This document shows, in pieces, positions 12,397 to 20,157 of a stretch of DNA of 43,835 bases. Position numbers and translations under genes: made by a program. Under the pieces are notes generated by a model. The model saw only the letters and a program-made list of their open reading frames with translations, had not been told where the DNA came from and did no database searches. The stretch's first letter is position 1; each line of letters begins with the position of its first letter. This DNA comes from Alphaproteobacteria bacterium (GTDB lineage: Bacteria > Pseudomonadota > Alphaproteobacteria > Geminicoccales > Geminicoccaceae): the NCBI GenBank assembly GCA_026984595.1, contig JALSRW010000405.1:1-43835 (forward strand). Direction: 5' to 3'.

Positions 12397-14609
12397 AAGT
12401 CGTCTGGCAGCCGTTCCCGGGCGGCCAGACGCGCTTTCTGTCCTGCCCGGTGCGGGAGATCTTCGCGGAGGGGAACCGGGGCGGGGGAAAGACCGAAACC
12501 CTGCTCATGAAATACCTGCGCTACGTGGGGACGGGGTTCGGGGCGGCGTGGACGGGGATCATCTTCCGCCGGGAGTACAAGCACCTCGACGACGTGGTGA
12601 AGAAGTGCAAGCGCTGGATCCCGCAAATCTTCCCCGAGGCCCGCTGGCTGAGCGCGAAAAGCGACTACAAGTGGGTGTTCCCCGACGGCGAAGAGCTGTT
12701 CCTGCGAGCGATGAAGGACCCGGACGATTACTGGAACTACCACGGCCACGAGTATCCCTTCATCGCCTGGGAGGAGCTGACCAACTGGCCGAGCAACGAT
12801 TGCTACGAGGTGATGAAGAGCTGCAATCGCTGTTCGGTGAAGGGCGTGCCGCGCTTCTACGTTTCCACGGGAAACCCCTACGGGGCCGGCCACGGCTGGG
12901 TGAAGGAGCATTTCATCGACATCGGGCCGGAAGGGACGGTGGCGACGGACGACCAGGGCAACGCCCGGGTGCGCATCCATGTGGACCTGGAAGACAACCG
13001 GGCGATGATGGAGAACGACCCGGAGTACGTGAAGCAGCTCGACGGGATCGAGAACCCGGAGCTGCGCAAGGCCTGGCGCGAGGGCGACTGGGATATCGTG
13101 GTCGGCGGGTTCCTGCAGGGGATCTGGAACCCGAAGGTGCACGTGGTCGAGCCGTTCGAGATTCCGCTCGACTGGCCGCGCTGGCGGGCCATGGACTGGG
13201 GCTTCGCGGCGCCGTATTCCATCGGCTGGTACGCGATCAGCCCGGAGGGGGTGGTGTACCGCTACCGGGAACTCTACGGCTACGGCGGCAAGGCGGGGGT
13301 GGGCACCCGGGAGTCGGCCACGGAGGTGGCCAGGAAGGTGCTGGCGGCGGAGAAGCGCGAGCGGGATGCCGGGGTGGTGTTCCGGCGCAATCCGGCCGAC
13401 AGCCAGATCTTCGCCAACGACGGGCGCGAGAAGACCATCGAGGAGTATTTCCGCCGCGAGGGCGTGCGCTGGGTGAAGGCCACGAAAGGGCCCGGGTCTC
13501 GCGTGAACGGGGCGCAGGCCATCATCCAGGCGCTGCAGCAGGAGAAGTTCAAGGTCTTCGACACTTGCGTGCACTTCATCCGCACCGTGCCGGTGCTGAT
13601 GCCCGATCCGCACAACTGGGAGGATGTGGATACGGAGATGGAGGACCATTGCTTCGTCGGCGATACGCAGGTGATGACGGACGAAGGGCCTGTGGCCATC
13701 CGGGACCTGGTCGGGCGGTCCGGCAGGGTGGTGTCGGTCGACGGCTTGCGGCGGTTCGCGCATTGCAGGATGACACGCAGGACCGCCAGCGTGGTCACGG
13801 TCAGGTTCGAGGATGGCACGCAGGTGACATGCACGCCTGACCACAGGTTCGTTGGAGTGAACGGGTGGATCGAGGCAAGATATCTGACGGGAAGAAGCGT
13901 GTGCATGTTGTCTCGGACACGATCCAGGAGTTCATGGGCGTCCGATACTACCTGTGCGGGAGATACTTCCAAAGGCGTGGCAGACGGCTTCATCGTGTCG
14001 TATGGGAAGCGCATCGCGGCAAGATTCCTTCGGGCTATCAAATCCATCATGTCGACGGCGACAAGCGCAACAATCAGATCGAGAATCTACAGTGTTTGCC
14101 GATCACCATCCATCAGCGTCATCACGCCAGGGAAAGAAGACTGCACGAGATCGGACGCAAGGCGGGTGCAACCGCCGCTGCGGCAAATTGGCACGGAAGC
14201 GAGGAAGGACGGCGATGGCACCGGGAGCACTACGAGAAGCATTTGCGCGCCATTCACACCGATCGCACGGTGGAAAAACAATGTCAGTTCTGTGGTGCGC
14301 CGTTTTTTACGACCAGGGCAGCGGCCGGACGTGCCATGTATTGCTCGAGACGCTGTGCGGCCGCTGCGGGTCGTCGCCGTAGAGCCGGCAGGCAAGTCTG
14401 ATGTGTATTGCCTGTCCGTGCCGGTGACGCACGCGTTTTCGCTGGCCAACGGGGTTTTGGTCTCGAACTGCTGGGACGAGGCAATGTATTCGCTGCGTTC
14501 CCGGCACAGGGCCTTGCGGCTGGATGAGGAGAACAGGGAACCGAAGCCGGGCACCTACGACTGGCTGATCAAGGTGACGTCGGAGAAACGGCGCACCATT
14601 CGCATCTGA
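12360..14609 (+). CDS. Terminase large subunit, interrupted by an intein (exteins 12360-13649 and 14469-14609)
   Basis: Walker A GNRGGGKT, WEELTNWP, a nuclease region, and the junction ...MEDH|C...N|CWDEAMY. Continuous 749-aa ORF, 476 aa after removing the intein. Confidence 0.9.
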   Translation: MAEPALRQEQEVEVVWQPFPGGQTRFLSCPVREIFAEGNRGGGKTETLLMKYLRYVGTGFGAAWTGIIFRREYKHLDDVVKKCKRWIPQIFPEARWLSAKSDYKWVFPDGEELFLRAMKDPDDYWNYHGHEYPFIAWEELTNWPSNDCYEVMKSCNRCSVKGVPRFYVSTGNPYGAGHGWVKEHFIDIGPEGTVATDDQGNARVRIHVDLEDNRAMMENDPEYVKQLDGIENPELRKAWREGDWDIVVGGFLQGIWNPKVHVVEPFEIPLDWPRWRAMDWGFAAPYSIGWYAISPEGVVYRYRELYGYGGKAGVGTRESATEVARKVLAAEKRERDAGVVFRRNPADSQIFANDGREKTIEEYFRREGVRWVKATKGPGSRVNGAQAIIQALQQEKFKVFDTCVHFIRTVPVLMPDPHNWEDVDTEMEDHCFVGDTQVMTDEGPVAIRDLVGRSGRVVSVDGLRRFAHCRMTRRTASVVTVRFEDGTQVTCTPDHRFVGVNGWIEARYLTGRSVCMLSRTRSRSSWASDTTCAGDTSKGVADGFIVSYGKRIAARFLRAIKSIMSTATSATIRSRIYSVCRSPSISVITPGKEDCTRSDARRVQPPLRQIGTEARKDGDGTGSTTRSICAPFTPIARWKNNVSSVVRRFLRPGQRPDVPCIARDAVRPLRVVAVEPAGKSDVYCLSVPVTHAFSLANGVLVSNCWDEAMYSLRSRHRALRLDEENREPKPGTYDWLIKVTSEKRRTIRI
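13650..14468 (+). mobile_element. Intein (273 codons) in terL
   Basis: Block A CFVGDTQVMT, block B TCTPDHRF, C-terminal VYCLSVPVTHAFSLANGVLVSN followed by Cys+1. The middle portion has no in-frame endonuclease domain. Confidence 0.85.
13865..14401 (+). CDS. HNH homing endonuclease encoded in the +2 frame inside the intein (likely start ATG 13934)
   Basis: LHRVVWEAHRGKIPSGYQIHHVDGDKRNNQIENLQCLPITIHQRHH (HNH_3-type) plus CQFCG...YCSRRC. AGGAG lies 3 nt before ATG 13934. Its own TGA is at 14399-14401. Confidence 0.75.
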   Translation: MDRGKISDGKKRVHVVSDTIQEFMGVRYYLCGRYFQRRGRRLHRVVWEAHRGKIPSGYQIHHVDGDKRNNQIENLQCLPITIHQRHHARERRLHEIGRKAGATAAAANWHGSEEGRRWHREHYEKHLRAIHTDRTVEKQCQFCGAPFFTTRAAAGRAMYCSRRCAAAAGRRRRAGRQV

Positions 14610-14632
14610 CCCGGCTCCGGCCGGGTTTTTTT
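14609..14632 (+). terminator. Intrinsic terminator right after terL
   Basis: ACCCGGC-tccg-GCCGGGT followed by a run of 7 T (the first T is paired). Confidence 0.75.
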
Positions 14633-14660
14633 CACCGGTGAAAACGACAGGAGAAAGACC

Positions 14661-14960
14661 ATGAGCCTCAATGTGAAGACCATCGCTTCCGCGCAGGGCG
14701 TGGGCAGTTCCGCGGCCGTGCGCATGGATACCACGCCCCACATGGCCAAGGATTCCGGCGTGGCCGTGATCCAGCCGGCCGCCGGCTCTGATCGCAACTG
14801 GGCGCTGGAGAAGTCGGTCGACGATGGCGCCACCTGGACCGCGGTGCTCTCGGGTTCCGGCGCGGCGCTGAAGATCGCCGAGGTGCAGATGGCCGAGCAG
14901 ATGCGCCTGACCGTGTCGGGCGGGACCGCCGGCACCGTCGATGCGCTGGTGATGGCCTGA
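14661..14960 (+). CDS. Small Asp-box (BNR-like) protein (99 aa)
   Basis: AGGAGAAAG upstream. Contains the motif SVDDGATW (SxDxGxTW). Confidence 0.65.
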   Translation: MSLNVKTIASAQGVGSSAAVRMDTTPHMAKDSGVAVIQPAAGSDRNWALEKSVDDGATWTAVLSGSGAALKIAEVQMAEQMRLTVSGGTAGTVDALVMA

Positions 14961-14973
14961 TCGAGGGCATGAC

Positions 14974-16959
14974 GTGAAGGATGCCGCCGACCGCGACCGG
15001 GACGGGATGACGGACGAGCCTGAACGCCGTCCGCATCGCGACCTGGTGCGGCGGTGGAACGGCCGCATCGACGAGGCGAAGAAGGGCAACCGGCGCCTCT
15101 ACGCGCAGATCGAGGAACACCGGCGCTACGTGCGCGGGACCCGCCGCTCGGAGTTGGGCGACGAGGAGCAGGTTCGCACGAATCTGATCTACGCGACGCT
15201 GGCCTCGATGCTGCCGCACATCTATGCGAAGAATCCGGAGATCGCGGTCACGCCCACGGAGGCGGTGGACCCCGCACAGTATCCGGCGGTGAAGGGCTTT
15301 GCGCGCACGCTGGAGATCGTGCTGAACCGCTCGCTCGAGGACGCCAGCCTCAAGAAGCGGGCCAAGGGCGCGGTGCGCTCGGCGATGACCACGAAGCTCG
15401 GCTGGGTGAAGGTGATCTACCAGCGCGACATTCGGACCGATCCGGTCATCCAGGGCCGGATCAACGATGCGCAGGAGAACATCCGGCGGATCGAGTACCT
15501 GATCGAGGCCTGCGAGGACGAGGCGGAGCGCCGGCACAACGAGGCGCTGAAGGCCGAGCTGATCCAGCAGGTGGCGGCGCTCGAGGAGCAGGTGGAGGTG
15601 AGCGCGGCCGAGGGCGTGGTGATCGACCGCCTGCTCACCGAGGACGTGCTCGTCGATCCGAGCATCAAGGATTTCGACTGCTACGCCGACGCGGAGTGGA
15701 TCGCGCACCGGATCTGGTACCGGCCCGACCGCTACGAGGAGGCCTTCGGCAAGGCGGCCGGCAGCAAGGCGAAGCTCTATTCGGCGGACGGCGCAGAGAA
15801 TGCCGGCGCCAAACGCTCGGACGACGACGCCTATCTGGCGGTGTGGGAGATCTGGCACAAGGGGTCGAACACGGTTTACACCCTCTGCGAAGGGGAGGAG
15901 GACTGGGCCAGGGCGCCGTATCGGCCGCAGAAGCTCGGCGAGCAGTGGTATCCGCTGTTCCCGCTGGGGCTGCACTTGGTGGACGGGCAGTTCCTGCCCA
16001 TGTCCACGGTGGAGATGCTCAAGGGCCTGCAGGACGAGTACGAGCAGACCCGGGCCGACTACGCGGAGCTGCGCGCCAAGAACAAGCCGCACTACGTGAC
16101 CAGCTCGGAGACGCCCGAGCGGGACATTCAGCGCAAGGTGGTGGCCGGGATCGGCGAGGTGGTGATCGTGGACGCCAACGGCCGGCCGATCCGCGAGGTG
16201 TTCGACGTGGCGCAGCAGTTGCCCATCGATCCGGCGCAATACGACACCAGCCAGATCCGGGCCGACATGGAGTGGATGTCGGGCCTGGGCGATGCGGCGC
16301 GCGGCTCGGTGATGCGGGCCAAGACCGCGACCGAGGCGGAGATCATGCAGGCTGGCCTGGCGAGCCGCACCACGGAGATGCAGGACGCCATCGAGGACTG
16401 GATCCGGGACATCGCGCAGTACGTGGCCGAAATCCTGCTGCAGGAGCTGACGCCGCCGCAGGTGCAGCGCATGGCCGGGGAAGGCGCGGTCTGGCCGCAG
16501 ATGCGCAAGGACGAGATCTTCGACCTGGTGCAGATCGAGATCCGCGCCGGGACCACCGGCAAGCCGAACAAGATCCAGGAGCAGAAGAACTGGCTGGAGT
16601 TCATGCCGCAACTGCGGGAGCTGATCGCGCAGGTGAGCGAGCTGCGCAAGGCGGGCGATGCGGAGACGGCGGACGCGCTGGTGCGCGTGGCCCGGGAAAC
16701 CATCCGCCGCTTCGACGAGCGCTTCGACGTGGAGGAGTTCCTGCCCCAGGCCGCGCAGGACGGCGGGCAGAACGCGCAGTTGCAGCAGATCCAGCAGCAG
16801 ATGGCGGAGATGCGCAAGCAAATGGAGTTGCTGGATGCGCAGATCCGCAAGACCAATGCCGAGGCGATGAAGTCGGAGGCGGAGGCGGCGGCCACGGCGC
16901 AGGGCGTCGGCATGCCCCTGCCTGCATCGCCGAGGCCCAGTGACGGGATGTTGCCATGA
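14974..16959 (+). CDS. Portal protein
   Basis: 661 aa, positioned after terL, with an acidic/helical C-terminus. GTG start with GAGGG upstream. The family was judged from size, position and general pattern. Confidence 0.8.
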   Translation: MKDAADRDRDGMTDEPERRPHRDLVRRWNGRIDEAKKGNRRLYAQIEEHRRYVRGTRRSELGDEEQVRTNLIYATLASMLPHIYAKNPEIAVTPTEAVDPAQYPAVKGFARTLEIVLNRSLEDASLKKRAKGAVRSAMTTKLGWVKVIYQRDIRTDPVIQGRINDAQENIRRIEYLIEACEDEAERRHNEALKAELIQQVAALEEQVEVSAAEGVVIDRLLTEDVLVDPSIKDFDCYADAEWIAHRIWYRPDRYEEAFGKAAGSKAKLYSADGAENAGAKRSDDDAYLAVWEIWHKGSNTVYTLCEGEEDWARAPYRPQKLGEQWYPLFPLGLHLVDGQFLPMSTVEMLKGLQDEYEQTRADYAELRAKNKPHYVTSSETPERDIQRKVVAGIGEVVIVDANGRPIREVFDVAQQLPIDPAQYDTSQIRADMEWMSGLGDAARGSVMRAKTATEAEIMQAGLASRTTEMQDAIEDWIRDIAQYVAEILLQELTPPQVQRMAGEGAVWPQMRKDEIFDLVQIEIRAGTTGKPNKIQEQKNWLEFMPQLRELIAQVSELRKAGDAETADALVRVARETIRRFDERFDVEEFLPQAAQDGGQNAQLQQIQQQMAEMRKQMELLDAQIRKTNAEAMKSEAEAAATAQGVGMPLPASPRPSDGMLP

Positions 16960-17294
16960 GCCTGGCGCCGCAGACGTTTACCGGATTGCTCGACGAGTTC
17001 GGGAACCTGGTTCCGATCCTGGCCCTGCAACCGACGCACGCGAGCCTGAGCGTGAGCGGTGCGTCGGCGAGGGTGGCCCTGCCCGGCAACGGGGTCGTGT
17101 ACCGCCTGTCGGCCAGCAAGGATTGCTGGCTCCAGTTCGGCGACGCCAATGTGGTGGCGGGCGTCGGCGACATGCTGTTCCTGCAGGGAACAGAAATCGT
17201 GCGCTTGCCGACGGCGGCGACGCACATCGCGGCGATCACGGTGGACGGAACCAGCGCCCAGCTGGGCATCACCGAAATGCTAGGGGAGAACTGA
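16956..17294 (+). CDS. Hypothetical beta-rich protein (112 aa)
   Basis: ATGA overlap with the portal stop. Confidence 0.6.
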   Translation: MSLAPQTFTGLLDEFGNLVPILALQPTHASLSVSGASARVALPGNGVVYRLSASKDCWLQFGDANVVAGVGDMLFLQGTEIVRLPTAATHIAAITVDGTSAQLGITEMLGEN

Positions 17295-17296
17295 TC

Positions 17297-17581
17297 ATGT
17301 GGCCGTTCAAGCGGAAGTCGAAGCCGGAGCCGGCTGTGGGGTACACGGGCCAGCCGGTGCACGTGAATCTGTCGCCAGACGACAGCCGGGCCATCGTGCG
17401 TCATCTGTCTCGGATCCGGGCTTGCCGGCAGGCCTGCCGAAAGTCGAGCGCGACGCCGGAGCGGATCGCGCGGCTGCACGAGGAGATCCGCCGGCGCGCG
17501 AATCTGCTGGCGGCAGCCGGGATCGAGACGCCGACCGACGCCGATGCGCTCGAGCAACTCATTCGACGTTACGGGGGATAG
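17297..17581 (+). CDS. Hypothetical basic helical protein (94 aa)
   Basis: The ATG is 2 nt after the previous stop. Begins MWPFKRKSKPEP.... Confidence 0.55.
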   Translation: MWPFKRKSKPEPAVGYTGQPVHVNLSPDDSRAIVRHLSRIRACRQACRKSSATPERIARLHEEIRRRANLLAAAGIETPTDADALEQLIRRYGG

Positions 17582-17584
17582 GCG

Positions 17585-18028
17585 ATGCCCTGGAATCTCT
17601 ACGATGCGTTCCGCGAGGGCCAACAGGATGCGCGGCAGATCAATCTGGATGCGGTGAATCTCTACATCGCTATCGTGTCCTCGCTGTATACGCCGGATCA
17701 GAATCTGCACGAGTACTTCAGCGATATTACGAACGAGGTGTCCGGCGGCGGCTACACGGCCGGCGGCAATGCGTGTCTGAACCCCATCGTGTCGATGGAT
17801 ACGGCAGGCCTGGTGACTTTCGATGCGGACGATCCGGCGGTGTGGGCCCAGGATGCGACCGGATTCACCAACGGCCGCCGGTTCATCGCCTATGACCGGA
17901 CCGGGGTGGATGCCACGGCATGGAGACTGATCGCCTTCACCGATCCGGAAGCGGCGGATTTCGGCAACGTGGCCGGGCCGCTGACGTTCCAGTTGTCGGC
18001 GTCCGGCCTGTTCACGAGCCCGAGGTAA
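17585..18028 (+). CDS. Hypothetical protein (147 aa)
   Basis: Tightly packed with its neighbours and of balanced composition. Confidence 0.65.
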   Translation: MPWNLYDAFREGQQDARQINLDAVNLYIAIVSSLYTPDQNLHEYFSDITNEVSGGGYTAGGNACLNPIVSMDTAGLVTFDADDPAVWAQDATGFTNGRRFIAYDRTGVDATAWRLIAFTDPEAADFGNVAGPLTFQLSASGLFTSPR

Positions 18029-18033
18029 GACGC

Positions 18034-18456
18034 ATGGCCTGGTACGCGGTCTATCAGGTGGCCGACGGGACATTGGTCAGCATCGGCAGCCGCGTTCCGG
18101 ATTCGACGCAGCTGTCGAAGAAGGGGCTGGCGAGCAAGGCCTTCGCCTTCGATCCTCGCAACGGGTACACATGGAATCCCGTTACCCTCGCCTTCGATGC
18201 GGTCGCACGACGGCGCGCACCGATCTCGACCCAGGCGTTCTTCGACAGGTTCACCGACGCGGAACTGGGTGCGATCATCGATGCGCGGGACAATGGCGCG
18301 GACCCGCAGGTAAGGCTGATCCTGAAGGCGTTCTTCGAGCGTTTGTGGGCGGCCAACGAGGTCCATCTCGATTCGCAGCGGGTGGCCGATGGACTGGCGT
18401 TTCTCGAAGCGCAGGGGTTGATCGCGGCAGGCCGGGCGGCAGAGATCCGATCGTGA
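18034..18456 (+). CDS. Hypothetical protein (140 aa)
   Basis: Internal ATG of the track ORF 17920-18456. Begins MAWYAVYQVADGTLVSIG.... Confidence 0.6.
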   Translation: MAWYAVYQVADGTLVSIGSRVPDSTQLSKKGLASKAFAFDPRNGYTWNPVTLAFDAVARRRAPISTQAFFDRFTDAELGAIIDARDNGADPQVRLILKAFFERLWAANEVHLDSQRVADGLAFLEAQGLIAAGRAAEIRS

Positions 18457-19280
18457 GTCGTCTCGATCTCCAGGCGCGTATCGTCAACCACGGCAATTAC
18501 GGCCTCGACTACGCAACGAGCCTCGGAACGGTCGTCAGTGGCGCTTCCGGCGTTTGGGGAAACTGGGTGGAGATCATTCCCGCGCTGCCCGCGACTGTGA
18601 ACGGGTTCTTCGTCATTTGCGGTCCGCAGTTTCAAAACCCGGCCTACGGTGGTTTTCTGCGGATCGGCGCCGGCGCGACCGGGTCAGAGCGGCAAATCTC
18701 CAGGGAGTTTTTGATCACCGCAGACGCTTCGGGCAAGGAGGTGCAGTTCGTAAAGGCGCACGCGAACGCGGGCGAGCGGATTTCCGTCAGTCTCGTCACC
18801 GCGCCCAACACGTATCTGTCTCTCATTCCGGTGTTCGTGCAAGGGGCGCCGCTTGCGGAGATCGTCCATTCCTCGATGGCGGAATTGGGCGGGGTCGGGT
18901 CGGATACGGCGATCGCATTCCCTTATCCGACCGCAGACAACGCGTCGACGGCGTGGACGGAAATCTGCGCCGCCTGCCCAGCCGAGGTTGATTTGGCTCT
19001 CGTGGGGCTCGCCAACGTAGCAGGAGACAGAACCGGTGGCGAAGGTGACGAGAGCATCATCGTCGAGCTGGGCGTGGGGGCGGCCGGGAGCGAGACGAGG
19101 GTGTCGGCTTTTCATACGCGCATACAGAGCTGGTCGGATTCCTTCAACCCGTCCATGTTCGAGATCCCGGTGGCGTTTTCGAAAGGAGACAGGGTTTCCG
19201 TGCGTTGGCAATCGGATGCGGCCACGCTGCACACGCCATGGACTCTGGGTATGCGGTACACGTTCAAGAAGGTGCGGTAA
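18453..19280 (+). CDS. Hypothetical two-domain beta protein (275 aa, internal duplication)
   Basis: GTG start overlapping the previous TGA. The two halves share W.EI...PA.V / G.GA.GSE...S / G.R.SV. Confidence 0.6.
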   Translation: MSRLDLQARIVNHGNYGLDYATSLGTVVSGASGVWGNWVEIIPALPATVNGFFVICGPQFQNPAYGGFLRIGAGATGSERQISREFLITADASGKEVQFVKAHANAGERISVSLVTAPNTYLSLIPVFVQGAPLAEIVHSSMAELGGVGSDTAIAFPYPTADNASTAWTEICAACPAEVDLALVGLANVAGDRTGGEGDESIIVELGVGAAGSETRVSAFHTRIQSWSDSFNPSMFEIPVAFSKGDRVSVRWQSDAATLHTPWTLGMRYTFKKVR

Positions 19281-19627
19281 TGGCAGTCATCGCAAGCGGC
19301 ACGATTACGCCGGTCGCCATCGGGACCGAGGAGTTGGTGACGAGCCAGACGGCGGCGGGATACTACCTGGCGTCGTTCAATCTGGCGAACATGGCTGATG
19401 GAGACGAGGTCGAGTTCACGATTCGGATGAAGGTGTTACCGACCGAGACGCTGGCCGTCGGTGCCAGTGCCGGCATCGTCTACCGACTGCCGGTTACCTA
19501 CCAGGATGCGCTGGCGAATCCGGTGATCCTGCTGCCGCCGTTGCATTCGGAGCATGAGTTCATGCTCGCCATCAACCAGACGGCGGGGGTCGCGAAGGCG
19601 TTCGCCTGGTCGGTCGACAGCCCATGA
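19280..19627 (+). CDS. Hypothetical beta-rich protein (115 aa)
   Basis: TAATG overlap with the previous ORF. Confidence 0.6.
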   Translation: MAVIASGTITPVAIGTEELVTSQTAAGYYLASFNLANMADGDEVEFTIRMKVLPTETLAVGASAGIVYRLPVTYQDALANPVILLPPLHSEHEFMLAINQTAGVAKAFAWSVDSP

Positions 19628-20136
19628 CCTTCTACTGGTTTTCGAGCGCCGCCGCCCAGTCCGTGCTTGTTGGCGGCGGTGCCGTCACGATTTCGGCGTC
19701 GCCGGCGACGTTCGCGCATGCCGGACAGGCGACTTCGCTGAGCGCCGCGACGATTATCCAGGCAGCGGGTGCCACAGTGTCGTTCCTCGGGCAGGGGTAT
19801 TCGCTCACGCAGGGGGCGCTGATCGTGGCGCCCGCTGCAGTGCTGTCGCAGGTCGGGCGGGTGTATGCGGTCAGCGCCGCGACGCTGATCGTGGCAGCAA
19901 GCGGAACGCTGTCCTGGCTCGGGCAGGCCTACCAGGTAGCTGCTGAAACGCGCCTGCTGGCCGCCACGGCGACGCTGCGTCTGCTTGGGCAGGCGATGTC
20001 GATCATCCGAGAAACCGTCACGACCGCCACCACGGCCGCAATGCGGTTTTTCGGGCAGACGGCGCAGTTGCCAGGCACGGCGCAGGTCGTGCGCGGCACG
20101 CGCAGGATGATGTTGGCCGGGTTCTTCCGGCGATAG
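19624..20136 (+). CDS. Repeat protein: six tandem 22-aa Ala/Gly/Thr-rich repeats (170 aa)
   Basis: Repeats ATFAHAGQATSLSAATIIQAAG / ATVSFLGQGYSLTQGALIVAPA / AVLSQVGRVYAVSAATLIVAAS / GTLSWLGQAYQVAAETRLLAAT / ATLRLLGQAMSIIRETVTTATT / AAMRFFGQTAQLPGTAQVVRGT (nt about 19705-20100). Confidence 0.6.
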   Translation: MTFYWFSSAAAQSVLVGGGAVTISASPATFAHAGQATSLSAATIIQAAGATVSFLGQGYSLTQGALIVAPAAVLSQVGRVYAVSAATLIVAASGTLSWLGQAYQVAAETRLLAATATLRLLGQAMSIIRETVTTATTAAMRFFGQTAQLPGTAQVVRGTRRMMLAGFFRR

Positions 20137-20157
20137 TTGAATCTACAGGAGATCCCC

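Noticed and set aside
13954-14382. Third-frame 142-aa ORF inside the intein
   Set aside because: No motifs and a Ser/Arg-rich sequence. The HNH signal is in the 13865 frame and the Hint signal is in the terL frame.
12375-16821. Long minus-strand ORFs (489 aa and 717 aa) and the plus-strand off-frame ORFs 12548-13840 and 15054-16943
   Set aside because: All overlap the terL and portal genes in other frames and have R/G/P/A-dominated sequences with no motifs.
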